This document shows, one piece after another, positions 1 to 10,804 of a stretch of DNA of 64,000 bases. This DNA comes from Vermamoeba vermiformis (taxonomy: Eukaryota). Made by a program: the position numbers and the translations under genes. Below the pieces are notes generated by a model. It was given only the letters and a program-made list of their open reading frames with translations. It searched no databases and was not told the DNA's origin. Position 1 is the first letter of the stretch; each line of letters starts with the position of its first letter. The DNA lies in NCBI GenBank assembly GCA_045837725.1, contig JBEWZL010000220.1:1-64000 (forward strand), read 5' to 3'.

Positions 1-630
1 ACAATAACACGACGGACGTTTGGGCCCTACTGTGTTGTTGACTACGTTAAGGTTAATTAGAATGAAACAAACGTGGAAAATAATTTCTGTGACACAAGCA
101 CGTGGCGGTCACGTGCTTTTCTAAAATTAGATCGGAGCAAAATTCGAGCTTTTACACGACCAAATTGCAGCTAGCAGCACAAGGTAAGTGCTATTATAGT
201 CCGCTGAAACGGTGGACGCGTTCGCTCATTCGTGAACGTTAATTTCCCGTTTGAAAAACGGATTTTAATCCGCCCACCCGTGGATTAAAATTTAGTGGCG
301 CCATTCTCATTCGAATGAGCACTAAAAAATTAAATAATTACTACTATGTTAATGGAAAGACTAGGTGCACAACAAACCAAAAATTGCGCAATAACGATCT
401 TATCGCGCGTAAGTACACATGAATTATTCTCGATTTCAGTTATAGCACACAGCCGTATTATAACTTTATTTTACTAATATTTGTTAATTTTATTAAATTA
501 AATTAACTATTCGAGATCTGTGATTTCGTACACCCTTAAGCACGTTCAAACCACGAGCAATTGACAGGCGGTGTTGCTCGAAGTACGCGGGGTCAAGCAC
601 GGGGCAGGCAAATTGAATTTTTTTTTAAAT

Positions 631-689
631 TAGCAATAATTAGTTAAATTATTGTATGGTAGCAATAATTAGTTAAATTACTGTACGGC
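631..689. repeat. 29-bp direct tandem duplication upstream of the NEIL1-like gene
   Basis: tagcaataattagttaaatta(t/c)tgta(t/c)gg occurs twice back to back. Confidence 0.85.
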
Positions 690-743
690 TACAATAGAAA
701 ATCTAACAAGAGTTTTATTTAGGCTGTGAAGTAGTTTTACAAT

Positions 744-2115
744 ATGCTCGAGTACACGGACTGCGTTTCGTTGCAACAATGGCTAGAAAAGTCGATAAAA
801 TTAGAAGAATTTTGCGAAATTAAACCTACTCTTGTACAGCAAGTAAAATTAACTGTACAAACTGTATGCGGTAATAAAAAATTGAAAAACATGTATAATT
901 GACAATTTGTAGGTAAAAACACGGGGGAGAGAGCTTGGTATCGTGTTCAATGAGGGAATGGCATTGCGATTGTGTATTTCTAAGGGCAGTTATTTGGTTT
1001 TTGCTGCTCATGACAGTGTGGCACAGGCTGTGGTAGAGCAAGCCTCTTTAACAATGAAAACGGTTACTGGCAACACTCTATTGTTGGTGGATCAAGGGGT
1101 TGGCAGATCTGTGGTGGTCTTTCAGCCTGAACTGGTGTGGGATGTTTATGGCCCTGACATCCTCTTAGAATCAGCTCTATTTACCGCAAACCTTACAACT
1201 GTCTTGTCAACTCAAAGTGATTACTTGCGACAAATCACTTTGTTTGAGGCTCTGCTGGATCCTTGCTTATTTAATGGTTTTGGTCCGTTGCTCGTCAATG
1301 AGATTCTTCAACGGCTATATTATTATTTCGGTAATCACCAGATTTGCAGTATAAAAAAGACTCATATCTTTTATAGAAATACGTCCATTCATCAATGCTG
1401 GACAGTTTTTAAAGCATGATCACAACCGCAACCTTCTTCAACGCATGAGCACTGAATTTATTGGTCAGTTTTTACATATGTCATCCATGGCACTGAACTG
1501 TGTTGATTTCATGGACTTCGGATGGCTTGATTTAAGATCTGTGTTGCTGTTTTCATTTCGGCAACAAGCTTGTCGCGAAACAACAGTAAGCTGGTACAGT
1601 GTTACTTTGGTCTCTCAGAAAGAAGAAATTTGTTATTCAACATGCGAGTCTGTTGATTTGCCGCAAAATTGGCGTAAAATGGCCACAGTTCTCCAAGGGC
1701 CAGGACTATCTCATTACTTTGCTTGGCAAAAGGTTAGTATGATGTCCATCTCTGTAGCTTTGCTAATTGTACTAGTCTGAGGCAAGTCATTCCAAAAGAA
1801 AGGCGTTATCAACTAGCGAGATGCGTGTCAAAAAGCCACGCAACCACCAGTCTGCTGCACCAAAGAGAGAATCTGAAGATGTTGATACAATGTTTGTTCC
1901 ATATTGTGATGTTCTCTGCAAGTATGTGTTATAATCCAATTTGATATCAATTTCTAATGTTTAATAGCGTTACTTTTCCTGATTATTCTGATGACTGCAC
2001 TGAAAGCGAAGATGAGAGCTCAGCCAACGACAAAGAGGTTGCAAGATTAAAACGTAGATTTAACAAAAAGTGTCGTAGGATTGCAAACAAATTCAAACAC
2101 AAAATAAAATTGTAA
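744..2115 (+). CDS. NEIL1/Fpg-Nei-like DNA glycosylase-fold protein, probably catalytically altered (395 aa, 5 exons)
   Basis: Exons 744-863, 913-1330, 1377-1732, 1776-1921 and 1968-2115 join in frame over four 43-49 nt GT-AG introns. Motifs MLE (cf. MPE), RGREL (cf. RGKEL) and H2TH GPDILLE...LFEALLDPCLFNGFGPLLVNEILQRL..EIRPF (cf. NEIL1 GPCVLQE...ICEALLDQRFFNGIGNYLRAEILYRLKIPPF). Basic C-terminal tail. Confidence 0.75.
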
Positions 2116-2149
2116 CTCTTCACTCAATTGTTGCACTGATGTATTGACC

Positions 2150-3245
2150 TTTGAGGTTGTAGCTTTTAGGGTAACAACCTGAAACGTTGTTGCCTTGAAG
2201 GTAACGACCTCCCTGGGTTTGGACGTTGTCACTTTGAAGGTAACGACCTCTGACGTTGTCGCCTTGAGGGTAATGACCTCTGACGTCGTCACCTTGAAGG
2301 TAACGACCTCTCACGTTGTCGCCTTGAAGGTAACGACCTCCCTGACACTGGACATTGTCGCCTTGAGGGTAACGACCTACCTTGCTTTGGACATTGTCAC
2401 CTTGAGGGTAATGACCTCTGACGTCGTCGCCTTGAAGGTAACGACCTCTCACGTTGTCACCTTGAAGGTAACGACCTCCCACGTCGTCGCCTTGAAGGTA
2501 ACGACCTCTCACATTGTTGCCTTGAAGGTAACGACCTCCCTGACTTTGGATGTCGTCGACTTGAAGGTAGCGACCTCTGACGTTGTTGCCTTGAAGGTAA
2601 CGACCTCTGACATCGTTGCCTTGAAGGTGCCGACATACCTGACTTTGGACGTTGTCACCTTGAGGGTAACAACCTGTGACGTTGTCGCCTTGAAGGTAAC
2701 GACCTCTCATGTTGTCGCCTTGAAGGTAACGACCTCCCTGACTTTGGACGTTGTCGCCTTGAGGGTAACGACCTACCTTGCTTTGGACATTGTCACCTTG
2801 AGGGTAATGACCTCTGACGTAGTCGCCTTGAAGGTAACGACCTCTGACGTTGTCGACTTGAAGGTAACGACCTCTGACGTTGTCGCCTTGAGGGTAACAA
2901 CCTCCAACGTTGTCGCCTTGAAGGTAACGACCTACCTAACTTTGGATGTTGTCGCCTTGAGGGTAACGACCTCCCTGACACTGGACGTCGTCGCCTTGAA
3001 GGTAACGACCTCTCACGTTGTCGCCTTGAGGGTAACGACCTCCCTGACACTGGATGTTGTCACCTTGAGGGTAACGACCTCCCTGACACTGGACGTTGTC
3101 GCCTTGAAGGTAACGACCTCCCTGACACTGGACGTTGTCACCTTGAGGGTAACGACCTCCCTGACATTGGACGTTGTCACCTTGAAGGTAACAACCTGCC
3201 TGACTTTAAACGTCTTCACCTTGAAGGTAACGACCTCTGGTGTTG
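2150..3245. repeat. Minisatellite of 30-bp (gccttgaaggtaacgacctctgacgttgtc) and 39-bp variant units
   Basis: Roughly 30 tandem units, both lengths multiples of 3. The + frame ([10 protein letters not shown])n is open 2195-3328. Variants are mostly CG>TG/CA. Confidence 0.95.
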
Positions 3246-3260
3246 TCCAGAGGATATTTC

Positions 3261-5079
3261 ATGCGTTGGCCATTCGACTTAGTATTTTTTCCAAAACCCA
3301 AACGTCCGTCAACCCCAAGTATATATAAAATTTGCTTTTTGGATGACTAATTTAATTACTCGAGTAAGAGTGGAAGAGCAAAAGTAACTCACCAATAGCT
3401 GCAAACTTGCACATATCCAAGTTGCTGCCCAACTCTGTTCAGCCCATACCTGAATTAGTTGGTCAACTTAACGACTTGCAGACTGTTTGCAGGAATATTG
3501 ACGGTGGCAGTGCCTGTGTTGTCACTATTGATGTGCCCGACAAGCTTGGAAATTGGGAACTCTTTCTTGAGTCATACGATGGAGGGTTGGCAAGGCTATT
3601 AAATTTGTCAAAAACAACAACTGTTGGATAAAGCAAGAGGCTGTAGAGAATTGGTCAGTTGAGTGGTGGAGTGCTGTAAGTACACAAAATCTTCTTATTC
3701 ACTTTTAATTATTTTGTAGTGGTATAACGAGTATCGTGATGTAGTAGATAAAACTGAAGCCTACTATTTGCTTGATGTTCCAATCCATGCAAATCACAGC
3801 AACCTTCTTCGACAAAAGAATCCCTTGATAGATTTATTTTCACAGGGCAGTCGGTTTTGCTTCGCCCAATATGTCAAAAGGTATGTGCTAAACTTGGTCC
3901 TTTCATTTCTAATTGATTTACAAGCTTTTCTGAGAATATTCCAATACCAGATCTGTCTTACAAGGCTTTTATAGCACCTGCATGGGGGCAAGTAATGACC
4001 TATCCTCACAAGGATGGGCATGGAACACAATTGTCCGTTCATTGTTGTGTTATGGGCTCTGGGTACAATTTAGTTCATTGTTGGCCTGTATTAAACACCG
4101 GTGAGGTAAGTGCTATTTCATTGCTTTTATCGTGAAACAACTCTCAGTAATATTAGGAAGATGATTTTCGAACTACATTGAAAATACCTCCTCTGGGTAG
4201 CAAACAACAGGTGGCACATGATATTGCTTACCCCGAAGGTGTCGATGACAGTACATCAACTTGGAGCGTTGAGCTAGAACAAGAGCTTCAAAAAAAGGGA
4301 ATCAACAGCCCACAAGTGATTACACTGTCCCCTGGGCAAGCCATCATCTTGCCTCCAAATCAGTACCACTGTTTCAAAAAAATTCACCACCCCGGCGCTA
4401 CAGTGCCATTAGTCGGCGTGGCATGTGATTGTGCTTACATTGGATCTACGCCAGAAGCTTTCGTGCACAACTATACATCAATGAAGGTACAAATTACTCA
4501 ACTGATATCGTGTCTAATCAGAATCAACTAGGGTCTTCAAAATTTGCACCATTGGAATGATCATGTCTATTGCATATTAGAACTTGGCCTTTTCTGTCTT
4601 TTTCAGTTGCTAGTTGACACAAGTCCCTTTGAGCAACGTCACGTTCCGCGCTCATGCTCAGGGTGCCTACAACTTGTTTGTTGTGTGGGTGGAGGCTGAA
4701 GTAAAGGCTGAAGCAGCCATCAAAGAACTACTAGGTGTGCAGCGATGTTGAGCTAATTGAAGAATTTGATCTGGACCTCGTTTGCTCAAAGTGCAAATTA
4801 CCATTGGTCAATCTCTTTTGCCAGAAAGAGAAGAACACCTATTGCATCAAATGCGTTAAAAGAAAGACTGATTATTCCACTAAGTGCAGATTTAAAACTC
4901 CAAAGATGCTCCAAAAGCTTTTGAATGCAGTAAGCAGCAAACTTGATCCAGTGATGTCAAACCCACCATCTGTCAAAGCTCCGCTTCCACTCAATCCAGG
5001 TATGATTTTATTCTATTTGATCAGCGTCCCTGCATTGATGCTACTGTTATGTCAACCAAAATTTGCAAAATTGTCTTGA
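3261..5079 (+). pseudogene. JmjC-domain 2OG/Fe dioxygenase with C-terminal Cys4 zinc finger (KDM-like), frameshifted
   Basis: Spliced reading YYLLDVP...VMTYPHKDGHG (HxD at 4007-4015)...VITLSPGQAIILPPNQYHCFKK (distal His 4367) and CSKC...YCIKC. In-frame introns 3881-3924 and 4106-4156. Frame breaks near 3610, 4650 and 4740. The 5' end is uncertain. Confidence 0.7.
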
Positions 5080-5546
5080 CACTACAAAAAGTAAACAAGC
5101 TATTTATGTATTTTCTTTTATTTCTCTTTGATTTTTCAATCTATCTTAGCAAAGATGATCATCTATTAGCAAAGAGTGTAATCAAAGAGAGAGTTTTTGC
5201 AAATCCACAGTTTATGTATCCACACAAGTTTACATCCTTGCTCTTGATGTAATCACCAAAGATTTGCTTTTTTGTAGGACACCTCCTTGCTTTGATTTAG
5301 GCTTGTGGCCCTAGCAGTGTTGGTGCTAACCCATTTTGATAGAGCTAAATTGTGCACAAAGTTAGTCTGCAGTTCTCCATCAGTGTGCTCAATTACTAAC
5401 ATAATTAGTTCCTGACATTCAGGCTTCAGTACAGGATCTGCCAGTACAAGAGCCTCCTGTACAACACAACAACCTAGTACAAACACTCAAATCATGTTAT
5501 TTTCAAGTCATTCCTTTCTCTGGTAAGTCTTTTCATCAACCCTCTG

Positions 5547-5822
5547 TTGTTGCACAACCTGTTAATGGATCTGTCAATCATTCAACTGCTAGATGTCTCT
5601 ATTAAATCTTTCAAACACCATTATAGGGCAATTCATGACAGATGGAGGGCCAATAAAACATTGTTCCAAAGCCCAACCAAAAAATTTGTGGCAAATTGGA
5701 TTGTTGCAGCATGGAATCACATTGACTTGAATATAGTTAAAAAGAGCTTTAAGGTCTGTGGTATATCAAATGACCTCAATGGAAGAGAAGAAAATGAAGT
5801 GGCTGGCAAAAGAAACAGTTAA
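5547..5822 (+). mobile_element. pogo/Tigger-type (DDE_1) transposase C-terminal fragment, degenerate
   Basis: IQLLDVSIKSFK...W...VANWIVAAWNHIDLNIVKKSFKVCGISNDLNGREEN matches the pogo pattern LQPLDV..NKPFK...WV..AW..I....I.KSF..CGIS..LDG.ED. No upstream transposase ORF or TIR found. Confidence 0.8.
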
Positions 5823-5837
5823 TAGCAAACCAGAACT

Positions 5838-6827
5838 TTATTGCTTGGAAGACAACAATCCATCAATGAACTGAATCCACTGTTGCAAAGTGGTGTCTTC
5901 ATTGAGTTGAGTAGCCTTCACACCGTTGACAAAATATGTTGGAGTGCCATAGACTTGTTTTGAAATACCCAAGTTCTTGCCACTACAAAAACCACTTTTC
6001 TTAGAATAGCTTTGGCATTACCATTGACATTACCTTCGAGCAACACCGGCTGCGTAATCGCCATTCATTTCGGTCCAAAAAGTAGCTTTCGGCACTCCAA
6101 ACTGAACTGCGTAGCTGGCAAACAGATCGTACAAATCACGTTCAGTCTTGTTGAAGAACACGCCGTTGTAAAACTCGCTTTGGTGGTCGAATACGTAGTC
6201 GATGAAATCAAAATATTCTATTTAATTATTAATTATTAACTAGTCATTATGACGCGATCTCTCTTTAATGCATTTCTTACGTTTCGGTGAGTATTTCGCG
6301 ACAATAGCAGCAGCCTAACAACAAAATGAGTTTCTGGTGCCGCAGTGTTATCTATTATGTCAGACCTTAGAAGCGTCCCAAGCCTGTCTGTGAAGCTGCA
6401 GCGGGTAAATATGTTGAATATAATAAATAGTGTTGGGGCCGTAGTGAGCAAGCAGTTGTTTGATAATTGGATGCGCTTGCTTGCAATCAGGGCATTGAAG
6501 ATCGAAAAATTCTTCGAGTAAAATTGGTGCCGATGGATTGCCTATTGATTACGTGAGAATCATAACAGAGACGTAGTAATTTAGTTTTAATTTAAAAATA
6601 TTTTTGTAATAAAAATTGAAACCAATCCTCACAATAATATAAATATACTAGTCGATCGATTGCGTGTAAAAGCCGTAATATAATAAGAATAATTAAGCGA
6701 AAGTTGGTGGATATGTCATTCAAAGCTTACCGATCGAGTGACCGTCGTAACGAGCTGGTATCGGTAATTGCTGCGCAAGGGTCACTGCAACAACAACGGA
6801 TATTAAAACACTCAAGTGTGCTCGCAT
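5838..6827 (-). CDS. Secreted DsbA-like thioredoxin-fold protein (CPDC)
   Basis: Missed by the ORF track. Spliced translation: MRAHLSVLISVVVAVTLAQ (signal peptide)...GNPSAPILLEEFFDLQCPDCKQAHP...HIYPL..H...VYGTPTYFVNG...SKQ*. GT-AG introns. Confidence 0.9.
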
Positions 6828-7359
6828 GATTGCTGGTAATATTCAAACGAGTTTTACCGAACAAAATATCGCAATACGATTGATTTGTCCTGCCAATACT
6901 ACAACCACAACCACCGCAATCACGTTTAGTTCACGGCCGTGAACAACCAGAAATGTTTATTAATATGCACCAAAAGGCCAAGGATATGTTCATAAGTCCA
7001 AGTTCATAACTTAAAACTCGGATGAGTAACCGTTATTTTAAGTTATTACATTTTTGCATATTAAACAGAAAATTGCAAGCTTGTACGCGCAATCCTTCGT
7101 TGCTTTAGTCATCTTGCGGCAATTTAATTAATTTTAGAAACATAAATTTATTTATTTAACGATTATTCGCATAACTTTATACTCATAGTTGTACATGACA
7201 CTGAATAATTTTTGCCCTTTTGGTGGTTTTGTCCCCATATTACATTATTTGACCTCAGTATCATCTGCTCGAAACGAACGCGAGTTCTTTTTCGCGCGGA
7301 AATGTCAAGCAATTAACTTTGAGCGCACAATATCTTTAGTAACTCGCGGTATAACACAA

Positions 7360-9921
7360 ATGGTGCGGTACGTCTGGCCACTCCTCTGCGTATTATTGTA
7401 TGCCTTGCATAGTAAGTCAAATACAGTGAAATTACAACCATTAAACCAAAAATGGTCAATTCGCGTCCCATCCATTAAAAACAAATAATTAAAGCAATCA
7501 ATTGAATAGAATTAATTTATTCGTTAATATTAGGCAATGCACAGCTCTCCAAGTCGTACAACAACTGCAAAATTATGTCCCCGCTGCATCCATTTTATTT
7601 CCACTGGACGGTGACAGCGACGCACATTGAAGTAGCCATGCAAGCACCTGCAGGACGAGGCTGGCTCGCTTTGGGCTTCGTTGCGCCTGACACGACCACC
7701 GCGTTTATGATCTCGAACGGAGCTGGCACCGATGTTGCTATTGGTTATTTACGTGAAGACGATCCCAATTACCCTAAGGGCTACTTGAGCGATTCTTGGT
7801 AAGAGCCATAGATAATATAATACGCGCGATCTCTCGCGAGGAACTGCTCATTTCGCGAAAAAAGATTTTTGACAGATCGTGTCACAACGATTACGTTTTT
7901 GCAAATTCCGATAACACTCCGTTGCAATAATGTACAAATTAATACTAATTACGGCAATAATAGGCTTAGGCTTTCGCGTGAGAGCCCTCCTCCAGATGCG
8001 ATTCAGAACCTCGAATTGATCTCAGCCTCTCGCGACTCTACCACCGGCTTAGTGACACTCGAATGGACTCGTCCATTGAAAACCAACGATTCAGTTACTG
8101 ATCGAGTACGTACTTGCACCAATATTTATGCCGGGATGGATTAACAAATTTTTTCCACAGGCTTTGGATGTGTCAAAGGCAATGAACATCAATTGGGCAT
8201 TGAACAATGGGTCTGATGCCGTTACTGTCGACAGTCCAGACAGCATTTTTTTTGCGAAACATCCGGCTAATAGCAAAGGTTAGTTCGATTTCTGTAACGC
8301 GAAACAGATCTAATTTTATCGTTTATCAGGAACGGTCCTCGTTAACCTCTCCGAGTCATGTACGTATCTCGAAGATTTTATGTTTAAAATTGGTTTAATT
8401 TCCATATTTGTATTCAATTTCTAATTCAATATGTGTTCTGAATTTTAGCCACGTGCGATGCAACTCCACAAGCCGAGACTAGAACTTTCTATCAAAATAA
8501 CGACGGCACTTTCTACGCAGAGTGGACTACAACGTCGGACGAAATTCATGTTAGTTTCAGAGGCAAAACTAGAACTGGTACGTTGCGTTCATTAGCGCAG
8601 ATATTTTACGACAGCTAAACGCGTTAGATTTGTTCGGTATTGTTCCGGTATCACTCATACTAACACTGCAATGTGTTGTTGTAGGATGGGTAGCTTTTGC
8701 ATTTGATGCTGATGGATTGATGCCGCAACACGACAGCTACATTGGTTGGATCGATTCAAAAGGCAATGCTACATTAACTGACCGCTACGCTGCAACACAA
8801 GATACTCCGGGCACTGACGTGTCTCAGGGCGGCAAAAACGACATTCTTTCATTCAGCGGAGCTGTCGTACAGATTGATGGTGCTACTTGGTTGCAGTTTA
8901 ATTTCACGCGCAAGTTAGACACGGGCGACAAATACGACTTGGTAGTGGCCCCGGGTAAACCTGGCTACTTATTGTGGGCCTTGGGTCCCAACAACGGTGT
9001 TAATTACGCTACTGGTAGCTTCTCGACGGTAGGAAAAACATCATAATTGTTTATTCGACGAGATTTCTCACGCTTTTTTCATCACAGCACTTGTCAAAGG
9101 GCAGCGTGCAGATCGATTTCTTCGGCGGTTGTATCAGTAACGGCAGCACGATCACTGATTGGCGCAAGCTACACGGCATTCTCATGGTCCTGGCTTGGTG
9201 CGCGTTGTTGTTCACTGGCTCGTTCTTCTCGCGCTATCTCAAACTCCTCACCACCGCTTGGTTCAAGATTCACGTCGCTCTCAACACGATTGGCGTGGCT
9301 CTCGTGCTCGCGAGCTTCATTATTATATTCATATACCTCGGTCAATTCACAATGGGTGCTCATCAAGTGATTGGCATCGTTATCTTCGGTCTGACCATGC
9401 TGCAGCCATTCCTCGGTCTCATTGCAGACAGATTGTTCGACCCGAACCGATCTAAAGCCCCAGCGCAAGATCAAATTCACTGGTGGGTCGGCAGATTTTT
9501 GTTGTTGCTTTCGGTGGCGAATATTTTCTTGGGCATTGACAGTCTATTCCCGATATCTAACGGCGCGTACCTCTTGTATGCACTGTTTGCTGCTTGGACT
9601 GCACTCAGCATTGCCATTCTCATCGCGCAAGAGATTCGCGTCGGTGGTGCGGAAGAAAGCGAGTTTATTGATTTGAATGGCGGTGAAGCCCGATTGATTG
9701 GTAGGTTAATTTGACGCTTGATTTCAATTCGATTGCTCACTACTTGTGCTATAGATAACGAAGATAACAAGAAGAAGTCTAAAATCGCCAAGAAATCGTT
9801 TATCGTTTGGATTGTGCTTCAACTTGCTATTTTAGTCGTATTTTTGGTGTTCGTCGGTCTCCTGCCAACTGATGGCTCCTTGGTCTTTACCACTACCGGC
9901 GCAGCTTCTTCTTGCAAATAA
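7360..9921 (+). CDS. Tandem DOMON + cytochrome b561 ferric-reductase-like membrane protein
   Basis: Signal peptide, two DOMON motifs (GWLALGF..M; GWVAFAF..LM..D.YIGW, FTRKLDTGD..D) and b561 histidines (LHGILM..AW, WFKIH, AHQVIG, IHWWVGR). Multi-exon. Confidence 0.9.
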
Positions 9922-10804
9922 CGAATAAATCTGTATAGTACGCTATTAATTTCGTCTCAAATGCTTTGCACGACGGAAAGGATAAGTTAGCCGAAGGCCA
10001 ACGGTGTATGCAGTTGTGAATAAGAAGCTGCACATTAATTTCTTGGTGACCAATTAGTGAGCCGCATTTGATTCGGAATACTGCAGTCTAATTGGACCAG
10101 TACAAGAAATGTCTCGTGTTATCAATGCACGAACTAGCGGTAGCTGTTGCAGAAATAAATCAGAGCTAAAATTGATTTATTTTGACTACTAGAATAATGC
10201 ACGCCCAACACTAGCATAACGAAATACGATGGAATCAAAGATTTCGTCTCATATGGCATTGTGATTCACCACGTGTTCCGTCCACAATTAAGCGGTTCAC
10301 ACCGGACTAAAATAGAGCTCGATCCGAACCGCTGACAAGTTCTAGCAATGCCGCCGAGTTAATACACGACGGCATGTCTTTGCTTACATTTTAATAACTC
10401 AGGTAACTTACAATTAACGTCAAATGTTCACTAACGCGAATACGAATCCATTGCTCGCATCACCGACGAAAATCTTGATTAAGCGTGGCGTATTAATAAC
10501 ATACCTAGAAATTCAGACAAGCTCTGCGACCTCTAACTTTTTTTTTTTTAACCAGATCAAAAATTAGTCAAGCAAGCTGCATAACATGAACCAGTTTATC
10601 CGCAAGATCTTTTATATTATATATTGCAACGTGCGAGTTTTGGATTGCGCAGCGGTTGATTTGGATTGAAATTTGCTGTCAATGTCAATGTCAACGTCAA
10701 TAATACAGCGATCCCGAAATCTTTTAGATTTGTATAAATTTGACATGCTGCGGTTCAATTTATTTTAACTATTTTTTTAGTGTTGAAGAACACACGAGAA
10801 GAAG

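Noticed and set aside
255-325. Short inverted repeats (attttaatcc...ggattaaaat) as a transposon end
   Set aside because: No matching terminus or target-site duplication found elsewhere in the window.
2150-3245. CRISPR-like appearance of the regular ~30-bp repeat
   Set aside because: Units are contiguous with no unique spacers, there are no cas genes and the context is eukaryotic.
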